From Vicugna vicugna (lineage: Eukaryota): 64,000 bases of DNA. A program made the translations under genes and the position numbers. Of this stretch, positions 21,846-35,559 are shown piece by piece (the first letter of the stretch is position 1; each line of letters opens with the position of its first letter). Location of the stretch: the NCBI GenBank assembly GCA_013265495.1, contig MU057880.1, positions 186,001-250,000 of the forward strand, read 5' to 3'. Below the pieces are notes generated by a model. That model saw only the letters and a list, made by a program, of their open reading frames with translations. It did not search any database and was not told the DNA's origin.

Positions 21846-24800
21846 CTCAACTATGCGAGCTTTTTTTAAAACAATTCATATACAGAAAAATCCATTACAT
21901 TGTCTGTCTCTTTGTGGGAGAGAAAAATGTTATTTATTCGACAGCAAGTCCTTTCTGCAATAGAGTTTTACATGCCTGCAAAAATGAGTTTGGCTGCTTG
22001 AAGAGTGTTTTATTATAATAATTTACAAATCTCATTAAGCTTTGTTATTGTTTTCTCAATTCTGCAGCCACAGCTGTCACGAGAATGACATGCATGAGTT
22101 AGAGGATGTGAGAGAAAAAAAAAAACAAAAAAACACTTGTGAGTAGACTGCCTGATACGTTTTTTGATATTTATGACGGGACTTTTTTTTTAACCACATC
22201 TTATATAAGGATGAGGTACCATAGACAATTGTCTAGATAATGAAAACAAACAAATACGGATTCAGCGTCATTTCTCTAAATCACAAAGGAAATTCTCTCG
22301 AACCACCCTGGAATGGCTATTTTTTATCACGTGTGCACACACACACAACTTCTTTTCTGTCTTTGGCTCTGAGATACAAATTTTTTAAATTCTAGGATCT
22401 TATTTTTCCCTTAATCACATTACAAATTGGCCCTTTGCAAATGAGTCATTTGGTTGCTAAATGGGCACTGTAAAATTAAATCTAACTGTAAGAGTTAACA
22501 CCAGTACAACCATCTTTAACAAGTAAAACATTTGACTAAAATTACAGCAATTTTGATCATGATGATGAGCGTGGACTTCAGCTCTGAATTTATAATACAG
22601 CACAAATCCACCACAGCTCTCAGTGTTGGTCCTTCCTCATGGACGTGATGGTGAGACATTTAATTGAAAATTGTGAAGAGTGAATGCAGTCAACAGACTG
22701 GCTTTCTAGGTCACTCAAACGTCTGCCTTTTTGTTTTACAGAAACTTTTGGCGTAATCTGAAAGACGATGAAAAAGAGCCACTCTAGAATTTATTCTAAA
22801 CCGATTTCATTGTTGTTTGCACAAGAATGAGATAGCTTTTGTAAATTCACTTCAAGTAGTTGAATTCTGTGTGTCTGAACTAACGATGACAAACGAAGTT
22901 CACCTAAAATTGTGCAGTGTGTCAAGGGAAATTTCAAATTTGAACTTTTGAAGAAACAGTATCAGTAAAAGGCACTGACTATACTGATCGATTTCATTAC
23001 GGACACATTAAGCAGTTAATTTCTGATGAAACCAAATAGGCTTTTTTATTCATTCATTCTATGATGCATAAATAATTTGAATATTTGGATATGTGATACC
23101 TATATTAACTTATAAAATAGATAATATATCTTATCATTTCAGTCTGAGTCTGAGATAACAATGTTAAATCGCTACATCACAGTTCTATTATCTCATTCAA
23201 TTCCTAATGTCATACACTCTCCTCATGTTTGTAACACAGCAACGCAAAGAATCAGAAATGGATGTACTATAACAAGGTTATGTGAAATGGGATATAATTT
23301 TCTAGTCACTGCAGCGTTATTCCCTGTTCTCCCTGTAGTTAATTTATCTCAGCTTAATTTACACTGTAAGCTTATCTTTTTCAGGAAAAACACCATGATT
23401 ATTTGGTTACTGCTTCTTCCCTGGGGAATGGGACCGCCAGTGACCACCAACTCCACCACCACGTGGCTGGGCAAGTGCAGAGACTTAGCATCGCATTATA
23501 CTAAACTGGAATCAAGGAGACAGGTTCCACTTTTCTCGGGCCATGAATCTGGGAAAATACAAGCCATGGTTTCTTCTGGTACTGGGATTACTTCCTTAGG
23601 AGCAGAACAAGCTTGGACAAATTAACACTATTTTCAAAATGAAGTTTTAATAAAAAAGGCAGAGTGAAGGCTGTGGCATATCTGAACCTGGGTTGTGGCC
23701 ACTCCAAAGGTCCATCCCCAACCCTGTGTGTTGTCTACCTTGGATAGCGGAGCCAACAAACTGCCTCCTTTGCTTCAGCTAGTACAAAAGTCAAGAAAGC
23801 AAGGGGTGGAAGAGAAACAAAGAATGGGTTTATGCAGAAGAGGTGACTTCATGATCATTTGAAAGATCAGTAAGATTTTGACAGTGGGGATGAGATGCGA
23901 TGGCAGATAAGGACCAGCATGGGGAGATAGATACCAGTGAACTTAACATGTAATAGACATGGCTTTCCCCACTCTAGCCCCACCAGACCACTCATGCTGA
24001 GACATTTCCTTCCACAAGACCACCACCCACCTGGATGGCATGGTCTCTGTTTGCTATTTTGCAGTGTAGCCTGGGCATTGGGAAAGGGGACTTTGGCATG
24101 GGGAGTTTGGATGGAACTCATCAAAATCTGTGGGCGTGGAATGCATCACCTCTGCTGGAGCATTTGTGGACAACATTCAAGCTTCACGGAGACACAAGAC
24201 AATGGGCAGCAAGGAGCAGATGAGCTGGAAGGACCTCTCATCAGCAGCCGCACACAGTGCTCATCAGAAGGAAAAGAGACATCTGCTTGCCTCCCTGGTG
24301 CTGGTCAGGATTCAGCAATTTCTCCAAGTGGCTCCACTGCCCTAAAATCAGGCATCTTACACAAGACACCATCGAGCTCCTGCAGTGTCACGTCCATGAC
24401 CCTTTATCCTGCTCCCAGGACCAGGATCTTCGTCTGCCCGTGGTTTCTGCGGTATTTAATGCAATGGCGTGAAGTCAGCACCCTGCTTCCTTCCCAGCCT
24501 CTCTATGTTTCTTCAGAGTTTTTCTTCTCCTAACAGAATTCATATCTTGCAAATCAAAGTTTGCTGTTTCAAATCAATTGCTTCTGGAAGGAGTTTCAAA
24601 AACCTACATTATGTTTTACTCGCATCTCATTTTGTCACACCAAGTATTAAAAAGATGCACATTCAGATGCACATTCAAGGATCAACATTTAATAAAAGTA
24701 AGGCTTTTTACTGCCTCAAAAAGGAAGCATTCTATAATTTTTTTTAAAAAAACTGAACATTGTTTCTAATTCTCGAATCAATTCTGATGCCTCTGGATGG

Positions 24801-26368
24801 CTTGAAGGGTTATTTACAAAGAGGGACAAAAATCTATTGAACTTCACATTCTAACGTCAAAGGGAAAGAATAAACCTAACCCTGTTCCACAGCATCCTTT
24901 ACCCCGGTCGCTTTCACATCTCCGTTTATATCATTTCCTCTTTTATTGGCTCTAAATCCCAAAGTCTAGTAACTTAGACCATCCTATTGGAGTACATTCA
25001 GTTTAGGAATACATTTTAAATCCAAATCGAGTACCAAAAAATTGAGAAATGATTAAGTCAAAACTCTCCATCTTCCATCCAGCTCTAAACTCTTAGAGAG
25101 CGCTGAACTTCATATATTTCATCACTGTACCAGTGTGGGAGTAAAGGGCTCTTCCCCAAGACCCCCTGCACGAGATGATGGGTCAAGGATGCTATGCATC
25201 TGCTTTGTGGGCACTCCCTGGCTGCCTGTGGCCACGAGTCTACTCATCCCATCTGACCGCTGGTCCTAGCATCCTGTAGCTCACTCTCCAAAGTGACATT
25301 TAATTGCACAGCATCCTGGGGTGGGTAATGCCATGGAGAAGTGACACTGCCTTCCCTTCAGTCTAGTCATCGGCCTCTGGATATCTCACCGAGGCTGATT
25401 TTTTCTTTAATTTTGTCAGTCTGCTGCAGAGACAGCACACCCTGCCAACTCCAGTTCCAAGGCTCACTCTGGACTCCCAGGAAACCCCATCTATCCTCAT
25501 CCACCCACTGGTGTAAACTCAGGCTACTCCTAGGCATGCTTTCCTAGCTGTGCCATGCCACCGCTCCCCAAAGACCAGTGTGGAGAGTCCACCCAGTAAG
25601 AACGTGCCTTTGGGACACCCCTGGACCAAGAAATGGACACCAGTCCCTTGGGCTCAAATTGCCCCTGATTTTCCTGAAAGATACTTTGCAGCACTTTGGA
25701 GCAAGAAGAGTTGAGAGCTGCCCACCTTCACCCAGTGGGAAGGAGGGGTTATGTACTAACGTAGCCCTACTTTCTGGAAAGAACATTTTCTTCCAAAGAA
25801 TCTTATACATTTGCTCCAACTTAGGGAGAGAAAGGTGAGAAAAAACGTTGATTTTACTTACTTAGCTGTCTCTCCTAGCTCAAAAGGGGTCACTGAACCC
25901 TCCAATGACTCCTCTCCTTCCTCTGTGCTCAATAACCTGAGGGCAGGAGGGTCACAAGGAACTCAGCCCGAACACGTGAATTGCCTAAGTAAACAAGCCA
26001 TATGCCAAACTATTTGATACCTTTGTTAATATTTCTTTTCACTTTTCAGGCTACTGGGGTTGTAACTACAACCTTAAAGAGAAGAAAACTTTGCAAAACC
26101 CTGAATGCCCCAGGGAGCATTACTCAGACTCCCTTTCTTTCTCTACACGAACTCCCAGGGTGAGTTCATCCAGCATCAGATTTGAAACCCCAGCTGTATA
26201 ATGGTGACTCCTGGAAGCCCAGGCTCCCCCCTGAAATCCAGGCTTGTGTGTCTGAAGGCCTATTTGGTACCTTTCATTTGCCAGTTAGCTCAGCAAATAC
26301 TCATCGACACTTCCCATTTGCAAGTCAGTTTCCGCACTCATAGGAAGAGACTAATTGCTTTACAGTCA

Positions 26369-26751
26369 TGTAAAAAGTAACAGCCAGAAATGGATTAAAT
26401 TTGTTTGCTCCATCAATGATACCTTGGCAAACATGCTTCTGAAAGCTAGCCAATCAGAGCCATCCTCCTACCTTTTACCGCCAGCCAATCAACAGAAGCC
26501 TCACATCCATGAACACATTTCTGAAACTCAGCCTACCAACGTCCCCACCCCAGTAACCATGCGTCTCTGAGTTACCTCGTTCTTGCCACTAAATGTTCAT
26601 CAATACTTAAACTCCATGCTTCTCAATAATTCTGTATCAGATCAGCAGTCTTCTTTGTTTGGAGGGACCGTGCCTAGCAAATTGAGTTCTCCCTTTCTTA
26701 AATAAGTAATACATTCGCTTTTTTGATTTAGAGTTGAATGCTCAGCTCACA
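26369..26751 (+). mobile_element. Possible ERV1-class solo LTR
   Basis: TGT..ACA ends, two AGCCAATCA boxes, LTR-like size and composition. Family not identified. Confidence 0.45.
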
Positions 26752-26974
26752 CTTCAGGAGTAATGCTGACGCATGTGGGTAATTAGCGATGTGAAACCAA
26801 CATAGGATCAATAAAGCTACGATGAAGATAAGAGAGGGTGCTCTTAGTTAGTCTGTCCCAATGCTTATAACAAACACAAAAAGAGAGCTTGAATTAATCT
26901 CAGAATGCCTGATGGCAAAAACCAAGCTCATCATGAAAGTCTTCCTATAATGGCTGTGTCTAGTGTGTATGGAG

Positions 26975-27380
26975 CATATTAGTTTTCTGGCACCACCTTA
27001 GCAAAATATCACAGGCTGAGTGACTTATCTAATGGGACTGTATTTTCTCACAGTTCTGGAGGCTGGAAGTCCAAGACCAGGTGTGGACAGGTTTGATTCT
27101 TTCTGAGGTCCTTCCTGGATTTGTATCTCGATGCCTTCTTGCTGTGCCCTCACATGGTCATCTCTCTGTGGGTGCATGTGTCTGGTGTCTCCTCACGTGT
27201 CCAAATTTCCTCTTCTTATAAGACCACCAGTCAGATGGGATCAGGATCCACTCTAAAGACCTCATTTTAGCTTAATCATCTCTTTAAGGACCTTATCTCC
27301 AAGTACAGTTATATTCTGAAGTACAGAGTATTGGAACTTCAACATATGCATCTGAGGGGTACACAATTCAGGCCATAATA
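26975..27380 (-). mobile_element. MLT1B-type MaLR solo LTR
   Basis: TTCTCACAGTTCTGGAGGCTGGAAGTCCAAGA..TTTCCTCTTCTTATAAG..ACACAATTCAGGCCATAATA. Exact 5-bp TSD TGGAG at 26970-26974 / 27381-27385. Confidence 0.92.
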
Positions 27381-27385
27381 TGGAG

Positions 27386-27778
27386 ATACATAGATCCCCC
27401 ATTAATACTAAAAGGAATTATTCCCCCCAGATGCTGGAATTGCTGCCAGAACACAGCCTTTAGCTTGTCAGCCCTTGATGGGAATTGCTTTGCCTGAAAA
27501 ATCTCCTTCCCCAAGATCCTCAGAGTATTTCATATCCCAAGAAACAAGCAACAGGACACTATAAAGAGCCAGCCCCTAGCTTCAAACTGACGTGACTCTC
27601 TCTGAAGTTTCATCTTAGCTTCAAAGCAACCTAAGTGCTTCACATATAGGACTCTCCCCCCACCCAGTCCTGCCTCCTTCCCTCCCCCAGATTTGATTCC
27701 AAGAGTACTTCCCAGTGCGTTTGCAACTCATTAATCTCTGTCTCCAACTCTGTTTCCTGGAAGACCCAGCCTCTGACA
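27386..27778 (+). mobile_element. LTR16-like ERVL LTR
   Basis: TATTCCCCCAGATGCTGG..CCCAGTCCTGCCTCCTTCC..CTCTGTTTCCTGGAAGACCCAGCCTCTGACA. Confidence 0.7.
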
Positions 27779-29035
27779 TTTCTGAAACAGAATTCTGATT
27801 ACATTGGAAAATTTTCGTACAGACAAATTATTTAGAGTTCACCGAAAATGATATTCCACACAGGGTTATGGAAACGGGATGGGGTGTTTGAATTTCCTTA
27901 AATAATAGTACATTCATAAAAATTGTATATGATAAGTCAGAAATTTGGGTCCCTTATGGACTGTTTGCATAAAGTTATTACATGTAAATGTTTTTAAGAG
28001 ATGATGTCTACTTAGATTATCACCGAAGTACAGAGATTTTAGCTTTTGATAAATTTTCCCCCGAGTATATTTTCCTCCTCTTACTTAAGTGGAGCATATG
28101 GTGCTTGATAGAATGTGAATTAAACAAGGAAACTACTCAGGGATGCAAAAATTCTACTCTGCTCAGCTTCATCTGCTTATGCAGAGGAGCGGGTGTGGTG
28201 GCTGGGAGATGCCTGGGATGTGAGGAAGATTAAGACTTGTCCTTGTCCATGCACCCTCACTGCGACTGAACTTCCAAAGAGCTCAGGACAAACGTTTTCT
28301 CTCTGGATCCAAATGAAGATCCAGCACTTCCAGGCATATAATTTCAGGGAACTGACCAGTAGTCGACTCCCAAGGCAGATGGCTCACCAGAAATGCCTCC
28401 CCTCTAGAATGAAGCTGAGCCTCTAAGTGAACAGCCCCCCTCCCATCCCACCCCTCGAATCATGAGCATCTACCATATCTCTGTATATACCATAACATGC
28501 TATTTTGCCTCCATGGCTTTTGTTTTTGGGAATTACTCCAAATTGTAGTCTGACTTTCCATATCACCTTAAAGAAAATGATATAATCAGATGGCTTCTGC
28601 CACGGTGTTCCCTGGACCCTCTGTGCCCACCACCACCAAAAACACACCCAAACACTCACGATATACACGCTCTCCCATGAATGTGTTAGCAAACAGAGGC
28701 ACACAGCCTAGCGGTGGGAAAGGATCAGGTGGCCCTATACAAACTTCTTCCCTGTGAACGAGCGATGAGATTCATCAGCTGCTTGGTATGAAATTAGTAT
28801 TTTAATAAATTTGGCCAGTTGCCTTCTTCTTGAAGTCACATAGCCATTATTAGACAACAGACTCATAGAGGAGGAAGAAAAACCTTCAAGGACCTGCAAT
28901 ACATTGGGCAAACCTTGTCATTAACAAGACCGCCACTCAGATCTCCAGAAATAATCACCTTAACTATCAGGCACAGAGAATATACAGAATGCAGTAGGCT
29001 GCCATGTTGATGTCACCTGTCTAAATATACGACAT

Positions 29036-29304
29036 CAGTGCTTCTCGAAGCATCTGTGGTAGGAGACCAGTTTTGTTTGCTTTAATCTACACTCCACTTT
29101 TTGTATTGGTGAACAAAGTTTTGGTCTATATCGTATTCAAGGCGATGAGTCCACTCAGATGCTAGGGTGTGTTGAAAATGTCAAATTGCTAATAAGACAT
29201 TTGTATGCCCTGGCTCTGAATCTCCCCACTTACCTTACTGCAGACTGGTATCTAATCTTACTGTGGACTAGCCCGGGTCCACGATGTCACTCTGCGTAGC
29301 ACAG
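29036..29304. mobile_element. hAT-Charlie MITE (MER119-like)
   Basis: TIR-like ends CAGTGCTTCTCGAAG and CTGCGTAGCACAG. Start CAGTGCTTCTC..TCTGTGGTAGGAGACCAGTTTT. Confidence 0.6.
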
Positions 29305-32300
29305 CTCTGTGTAATCTGTGAGCCATTGGAAGGAAGGTGTGAACCCCACTGCATCCCGCCTCTGTCTCACTGAGAACCAAATGGAAATCGATGAAAGCAA
29401 ATTATTTTACATAGGCTTAAATGTTTAAAAGCCATCTCCCTGACATTAACAAAAATTAACGTGGCAATCCGCCTCTATCTCTCATTTTTTTAATAATTTA
29501 TCTGAAGTGGACGTAAATCTTAAACAATAAAGAAATCCATCTTCTAAAAGCCATCTCTTTTTTAAATTCTGAAAGAATCGTTGATGGATCAGTGTTAGTT
29601 CAGGAAGTACTTACCTAAGGCCTAGGGCATGTCCTAGGTTCTGCACTTGACATTGGGCTGGCTTAACCTGCTGTTCATGGCAAATGAGAGATCTCAGTCG
29701 CTAGAAGAAAAGTCACATCGTCCTTAGTGGGTCTGTGAGGACCCTTCCAATAGCGACACTACCAATCAATTAGTAATCAGTTGCTGAACTAGAAAAACTC
29801 AGTTCTCACAGGCTGTGAGCTAGGCTTTACCACTGCCATCCGGCGGGAAGCCGTCAATCATCAGCTTCAACCTGCAGGCAGGACCCCACCTTTGATCTGT
29901 GCAACGCACAGGTTTAGACACCCAACTGAGATTTCACAATGCTTCATATCACATCACATGAATTAGTGAAGTGTATTTGCCAAAGGGATCATTTTTTTTA
30001 ATTAAAGAAAGAAAAGAATTTTAGTGCATCTGCTTAAAGTCAACAGAGAGCTCTTTCACAGTTTGTCAGTTTTGCTGGTCAATAGCCAGTCTGGTGCATT
30101 TCATAAGGATCAGTTTTGACCCTCAAATATTTTTTGAGTGACCAGTTATAATTCCAAATCTTTCCTCAATGATGGAATAAGATATACTGTAGCCAATCAT
30201 TTGCTTCCATGGTACAGTCTACAAGCTGGCTATTTTTAAAGGAGAAGAAAAAGGTGTTGGCATAAAATAGCCAAAAGTCTAACTTCATATACAGAGAAGT
30301 TTTAAAGGGGAATCTCATTGAGACTATGGGATAAATATACTTAGTTAGAGAAAAGCCAAGTGTGCAGTATATGCTTGGCTAAAATGAAAGTTCATAAGTG
30401 GGACTTTTCAGGAAGGAATGTGTAGGTAACTTACATTTTGCTTTAATAAATTTTAAATAATTTAAATCTGCACCAAGTAAGAATATCCAATTAGCTACTT
30501 AAGAAAATAAAACAATGACCAAATCCCAAAATTTTAAATCAAACACAACTGGCCCAATATAAAGTAAAGGTACATCCATACTTAGAATATTATATAGACA
30601 TACATACATAGATATATGATGTCTAGTATGTTGAAAATACTATGAGAAGATTTTTGATACAATATTATGAAGAAAAAGCATGCTAAAAATATCTATTTAT
30701 AGAACAGTTTCAATCATGGTAAACAAAATGGCATAAAATATATTAACCTCTTAATAGCCAGCAATAATTTTCAGAGTTAGAAGTACTCAGGGGTTAACAT
30801 TATTTTCCTTTTTTTCCTCTTGATGGTCTGTCTTAAAGATATTATTTTGGTAATTGGGAGGGAAAGTGGGGAATTTAACTTTATTCAAAAAATAAATAAA
30901 CAATTATAAATTGGTAGAAAAATAAAGCTGATAAGGGCATGACTATCCTTTTTAATTGGCTAGGAAATAAAAGTGAAGTGCATTGTAATTTTTTTAAAAA
31001 GCAAATTAACTGAGTGGTGTCATGTTTCAAATGGTAACAATATTAACAAGAGGATCCAACTGTCTTCGAACAGTTTCCCATAGCTCTAATCTCACCCCTG
31101 TGCCTTTCTCACAAGTCTTAGGACACGGTCAAGAATGTTCCCTTTGCCCATCTTTCAACTTAAAAAGCAAATTAATAATTTGGTCTTCTAATCTCATTTA
31201 CTAAGCAAATTTGCCTTAACAGCTTTCTAATTGGCTTCATTGGACTTCAGAACACAAAAATCCCACTTCCCTTAGATTTCCCTCAACCAGGAGAAAAAAA
31301 ATGTCCTCACACTGTGTTTCATTTTCATATTCCAACTAAAGAAAGATACATTAATAAATCTGAATTTAAACTTACCCTTTATCGCTTAGATTTATCCTGT
31401 CTGCTTTATGGCACATTCTTAAAAGTAATGTGTAATCCTGAACCCCACAGAATGCTTCATATATTTAGCAATATCCTCTTAGTCTCTGGAAACCTTATCC
31501 TTATATTTAGGTTAACTAGCATAAAGCCACTTTATGTAAATTCAATTCACATTTAAACCGAAAGAGATTATGTATCATGTTAATAAAACAGGTCTTATAT
31601 TAATGCTCTGATATTGGCATAAGTAATACCTCAGTTAACATTTGATGTGTTAATAATCAAATCTCTATTAACAAACATTATCTACATGTACCAGATGTTC
31701 AGTTTAAAGTTATCTCTGTCTCCTGCCAGAATCCTTTATGGTATTCAATATCAATTATTATAGCAAAGTTGAGATTACAGCAAACGAGAGAGAGAGCGAT
31801 TCTGTCCTGGACACATTGAGCACATACCACGCCTTGCTTAGCAGTGGTGACTGGCTTTCCTGGCACCATCTTTGAAGAGGATCAGACTTTGGGTGGTAAA
31901 TAATCCAAACCCCTGTCTCCCACTCATAGCTGAAACTCATTTACATATGGGGGTGACATCATTAGAATGTCCATTTGAGCTGTCAGGTGACTGCGCTTCC
32001 ATGAAGAAACATGTTAGCCTTATATAGTAGCAGTGTGTACAAGAAAACCAAAGTCCAAGGTAATTTAAAGTAAAATGCTCTACCTCTTATTTACATAAAG
32101 AAAGAAGAATCAAAAGACTTGCGAGGAATATTATTACTCAGAATTAGTGATTTTGAGGAGAAGAAGTGAGCAAGCAATTTTATGACAGAAAAATGCTGTA
32201 ACAGCCTGAGGCAGATTGAGTGTAGTTTGTTGATTGAAACAAGCACTAATATCAAATTTGTTATTTCCATGAGTTCTAATAAGCTTAACAAACAATATGA

Positions 32301-32969
32301 ACTTTATTAGTACATAGAGATTTGTGTAGTTTCTCCTACTTCATAATAGATAATGTTCAAAACTCCTATAAGTCATTAGAATAAGAATTTTATAAGTAAT
32401 TAGAAAAAAATAAAACTTGGCAAATTAACAAATCACTTATATCCTAAATGCAAATTGGGAATAATAAAATTTACTAAGTTATACATATCTTTTCAAAACA
32501 ATTTAATGTAATTTATTCCTTATAAAATTAAAAAAAAAAAAGAATCCCCTCCAAGGGTCCCCAGTCTTTCTCATGAATAATGAATCTTCTGAGAACACTG
32601 CATAGCCTTCCATTAGTAATGTTTCACTCCATCAATAATCATTGATTGTGTGTGCCTGACACTTGGACTGTGCTTGGATGGATAGCTTGTCCCGTCTCTT
32701 GTACTCGTGCCTTGGCCACAAAACACACCCAGTCTAGCCTGCTGGAGGCTGAGAAGCTCGTGTTGTGGAACTCAGTTGCCTCAGTCACCCTAAGGCAGCC
32801 TAGCTCAGCTCTGGAGCATGTGAGAGATGCCAGCAAAACCCAGAAGAATCACCTGGTCGACCCTTGTCTGATCTCAATGCATAGGAAATAAATGCTTCAT
32901 ACTGTACACCTGTGACCATTTATTGAGCAACTGCTAAGACACAAAACCACTAAAGAGAGCAGATGAGCA

Positions 32970-33097
32970 GGTGGAGAGAGTATAGCTCAAGTGGAAGAGT
33001 GCATGCGTAGCACACACACAGTCCTGGGTTCAACCCCCAGTGCCTTCTCTAAAAATAAATAAGTAAACCTAATTACCTCCTCCCTAAAATAAATAGA

Positions 33098-33140
<43 letters not shown>

Positions 33141-33173
33141 CAAGTGCAACACGTTTGAAAAAAAGTTTTTAAA
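32970..33173 (+). mobile_element. tRNA-derived SINE (Vic-1-like) with (TAAA)n tail
   Basis: GTATAGCTCAAGTGG..GTCCTGGGTTCAACCCCCAG..AAACCTAATTACCTCC, then (TAAA)n. TSD aaagagagcagatgagca (32952-32969) / aaagagagaacagatgaaca (33174-33193). Confidence 0.93.
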
Positions 33174-34679
33174 AAAGAGAGAACAGATGAACAATACAGA
33201 AACTTTTTATATTAAATATGAAGGAAACCTTATATCCCAACAAATTACAATGAAGAAGTAAAAAGCTAACTTTTTCTGTGTCCAAAGCAAGAATCTGGCA
33301 TTATCTCCTAAAGAAGATATTTCCTTTCATATTAACCCAGTATATCAATAATTACTTTTCTGTTCCTTTCCAGCTAATCATGGTAGACTACCGTCTCCAA
33401 AGTTTATTATTCTTTACATTAGTTTGTTTATCAGCCCCTGAGAGGGGAAAAGAAAAAAAATATATATATGTATATATACACATATACATATAAGGGATGT
33501 ATGGGACCATGAGAATACTTTTTCTACAGCTGGATTATGAAAATCTCTAAAATTCCAGGATTTATGGCGACTACCCTATGGATACCATCAAGTCTCACAG
33601 CTTATTTATTGAGATTATAAAACATGGGCCTTAAATGGTATAAGCAAGTCTCCTGAATAAAACAAATGTCAAAATCCTCTCCTACTCCTTTTGTTACTAG
33701 GGTCGTCATAGTAATAGAAGAGGGAAGAGTTGGGCAGAGAGGGGAATCAGGTGATATTCATAATGATTTGAGTTCATAAAAATAACCTGTTCAAGTTTCT
33801 TCTCTGAGAGACGTGTGGGCTGAAACAGTGCCTGTCTTCCACGGTGTGGGGGGAACACTGTGGATCATAAAATTCTCTCGGTTTGTATGGGTCCAACACG
33901 TTCAGGTCCTTTGGTTGTGCATCGGAGCTTCAAGAGTCATGGCTACTGAGGAAATAAAGCATGGTAATGGACAACACTGTGTGTAAAATTTAGCGGAATA
34001 TCATGTTTCACAAAATATACACATATCTCTTTATTTTGACCTGAAGTCAAGAAAAAATACCTTATGAAAGCATATAACATAAATCAATCTTAAGTACCAG
34101 GTGGCTTTTGTGCATTTTTAGAAATCAGTGAGATGATTAGTGCCTAGCTAAACAAATCCAGAATTAGACATTGGCCTGAGGTTTAGCTGGAAGTTTTGAC
34201 TCCAGATTAAAGTGTACTTTCCATTCGAACCCAAGAATTATTTTTAAAGGAGAGAGAGGTGTTACTTTATCGTAATCTATACATTCTTGATGTGAAGCAA
34301 TGGGCCCCCTATGATCAGATTTTTATCAAATATGTTCTGTAGAACCAGCTTGTCTTTATAATTTAATGTCTCTTTATTTTATTTGGATTGGTCACAATTA
34401 TGTCTGAATAAGTTGTTTGAGCAAAAGAGCATTCCATTTCAAGTCACTGAGTTTCTAGAGGCTTCAATGATTTAGTAGGACTGTTAATAGACTTAATGTT
34501 TTTAATACTCAAGACAACAAGTCTATGCAACAGAGTTTAGAAATGATCTCAGTCAATCATGTTTAGTGGCTGAGGAGAGTACATACATTTTTACTTAAAC
34601 ATGTGTCCCCACAGACAATCTTTGTTTGTACACCCTAAGAGATCCTCTTGCCCCTGAGGATGGCTAATAGAAATCCTTT

Positions 34680-35410
34680 GTGAATATCCTTTAAACACCT
34701 CAAATTCTGCATATCCAAAATAAACCACTTTCTACCACAACTCGCTTCACATCTCTTTTTGTCAACTCAGATCTACTGGTATCTTTCAAGCACAGAAGCC
34801 CCCTCCTCCCCATGATTCCACACTATTGAAAAGTCACAGATCCCTGTACACTTTCTTCCTTCTCCCAAATATTCCTGTCTTTGTTTCCACCCCTATAGTA
34901 TTCAGCTGGTGTCTCCTCATTTCTTACATATGTCCCTGCAGTAACTGTTTCCAGATTTCCCCAATTCTGCTTACCCACCATTCTCAATCTAGCCCCGACT
35001 CTAAATGACAAACATCACACTGTCTTGCACATTTTGAAAATCCTTCAAGAGCGCTCCCTGACTTGCCCTTGCCTTGAAATTCTTTGTGATCTTCAGTCCG
35101 TAAGTACATGTCTGATGCTACTTTCCTCCACTCACTTCCCCCTCCTCTCCATCCTTGGAAATTCCTTACCAACTCTACTCCATAATTCTACTCCTTGTCT
35201 GTCCACATGTTCCAGCTACCTCCAACTATCGTTCCTACCTTTTCATCTAACTTCCTTCAGCTCCTACTGGTCTATCAGAACTCCCCTGAAACACCACCTC
35301 CTCCATGGAGACTTCCTTATTCATTCTTATTTAGAGACACCTTCCATCATGCTTCCCACAACACCCTCTAGACCCGTAGCCACACGTAATGGTATCTTTA
35401 AATGAATGGA
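34680..35410 (+). mobile_element. Decayed L2
   Basis: AAACACCTCAAATTCTGCATATCCAAAAT, CCTGCAGTAAC..TTCC and CACCTCCTCCATGGAGACTTCC are L2-like. Confidence 0.65.
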
Positions 35411-35559
35411 TGCTCTAGGAGCGAAACACTGCACATACAGCTTTCTTCAGCATGAAAATGAAATAGCAGCATTTTAAAACTATCGCTTTTGTTACCACAA
35501 GGATGTCAAAGCTGAAACAGAATAAATACATCAAGGACAGCAAAACAACCATGACCAGG

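Noticed and set aside
22556..22588. Box C/D-like motifs (ATGATGA..CTGA)
   Set aside because: Spacing is too short for a snoRNA and there is no convincing terminal stem.
26050..26159. Exon-like segment with TTTTCAG acceptor and GG|GTGAGT donor
   Set aside because: The donor lies in L2-like sequence and two frames are open with no homology. Typical pseudo-exon.
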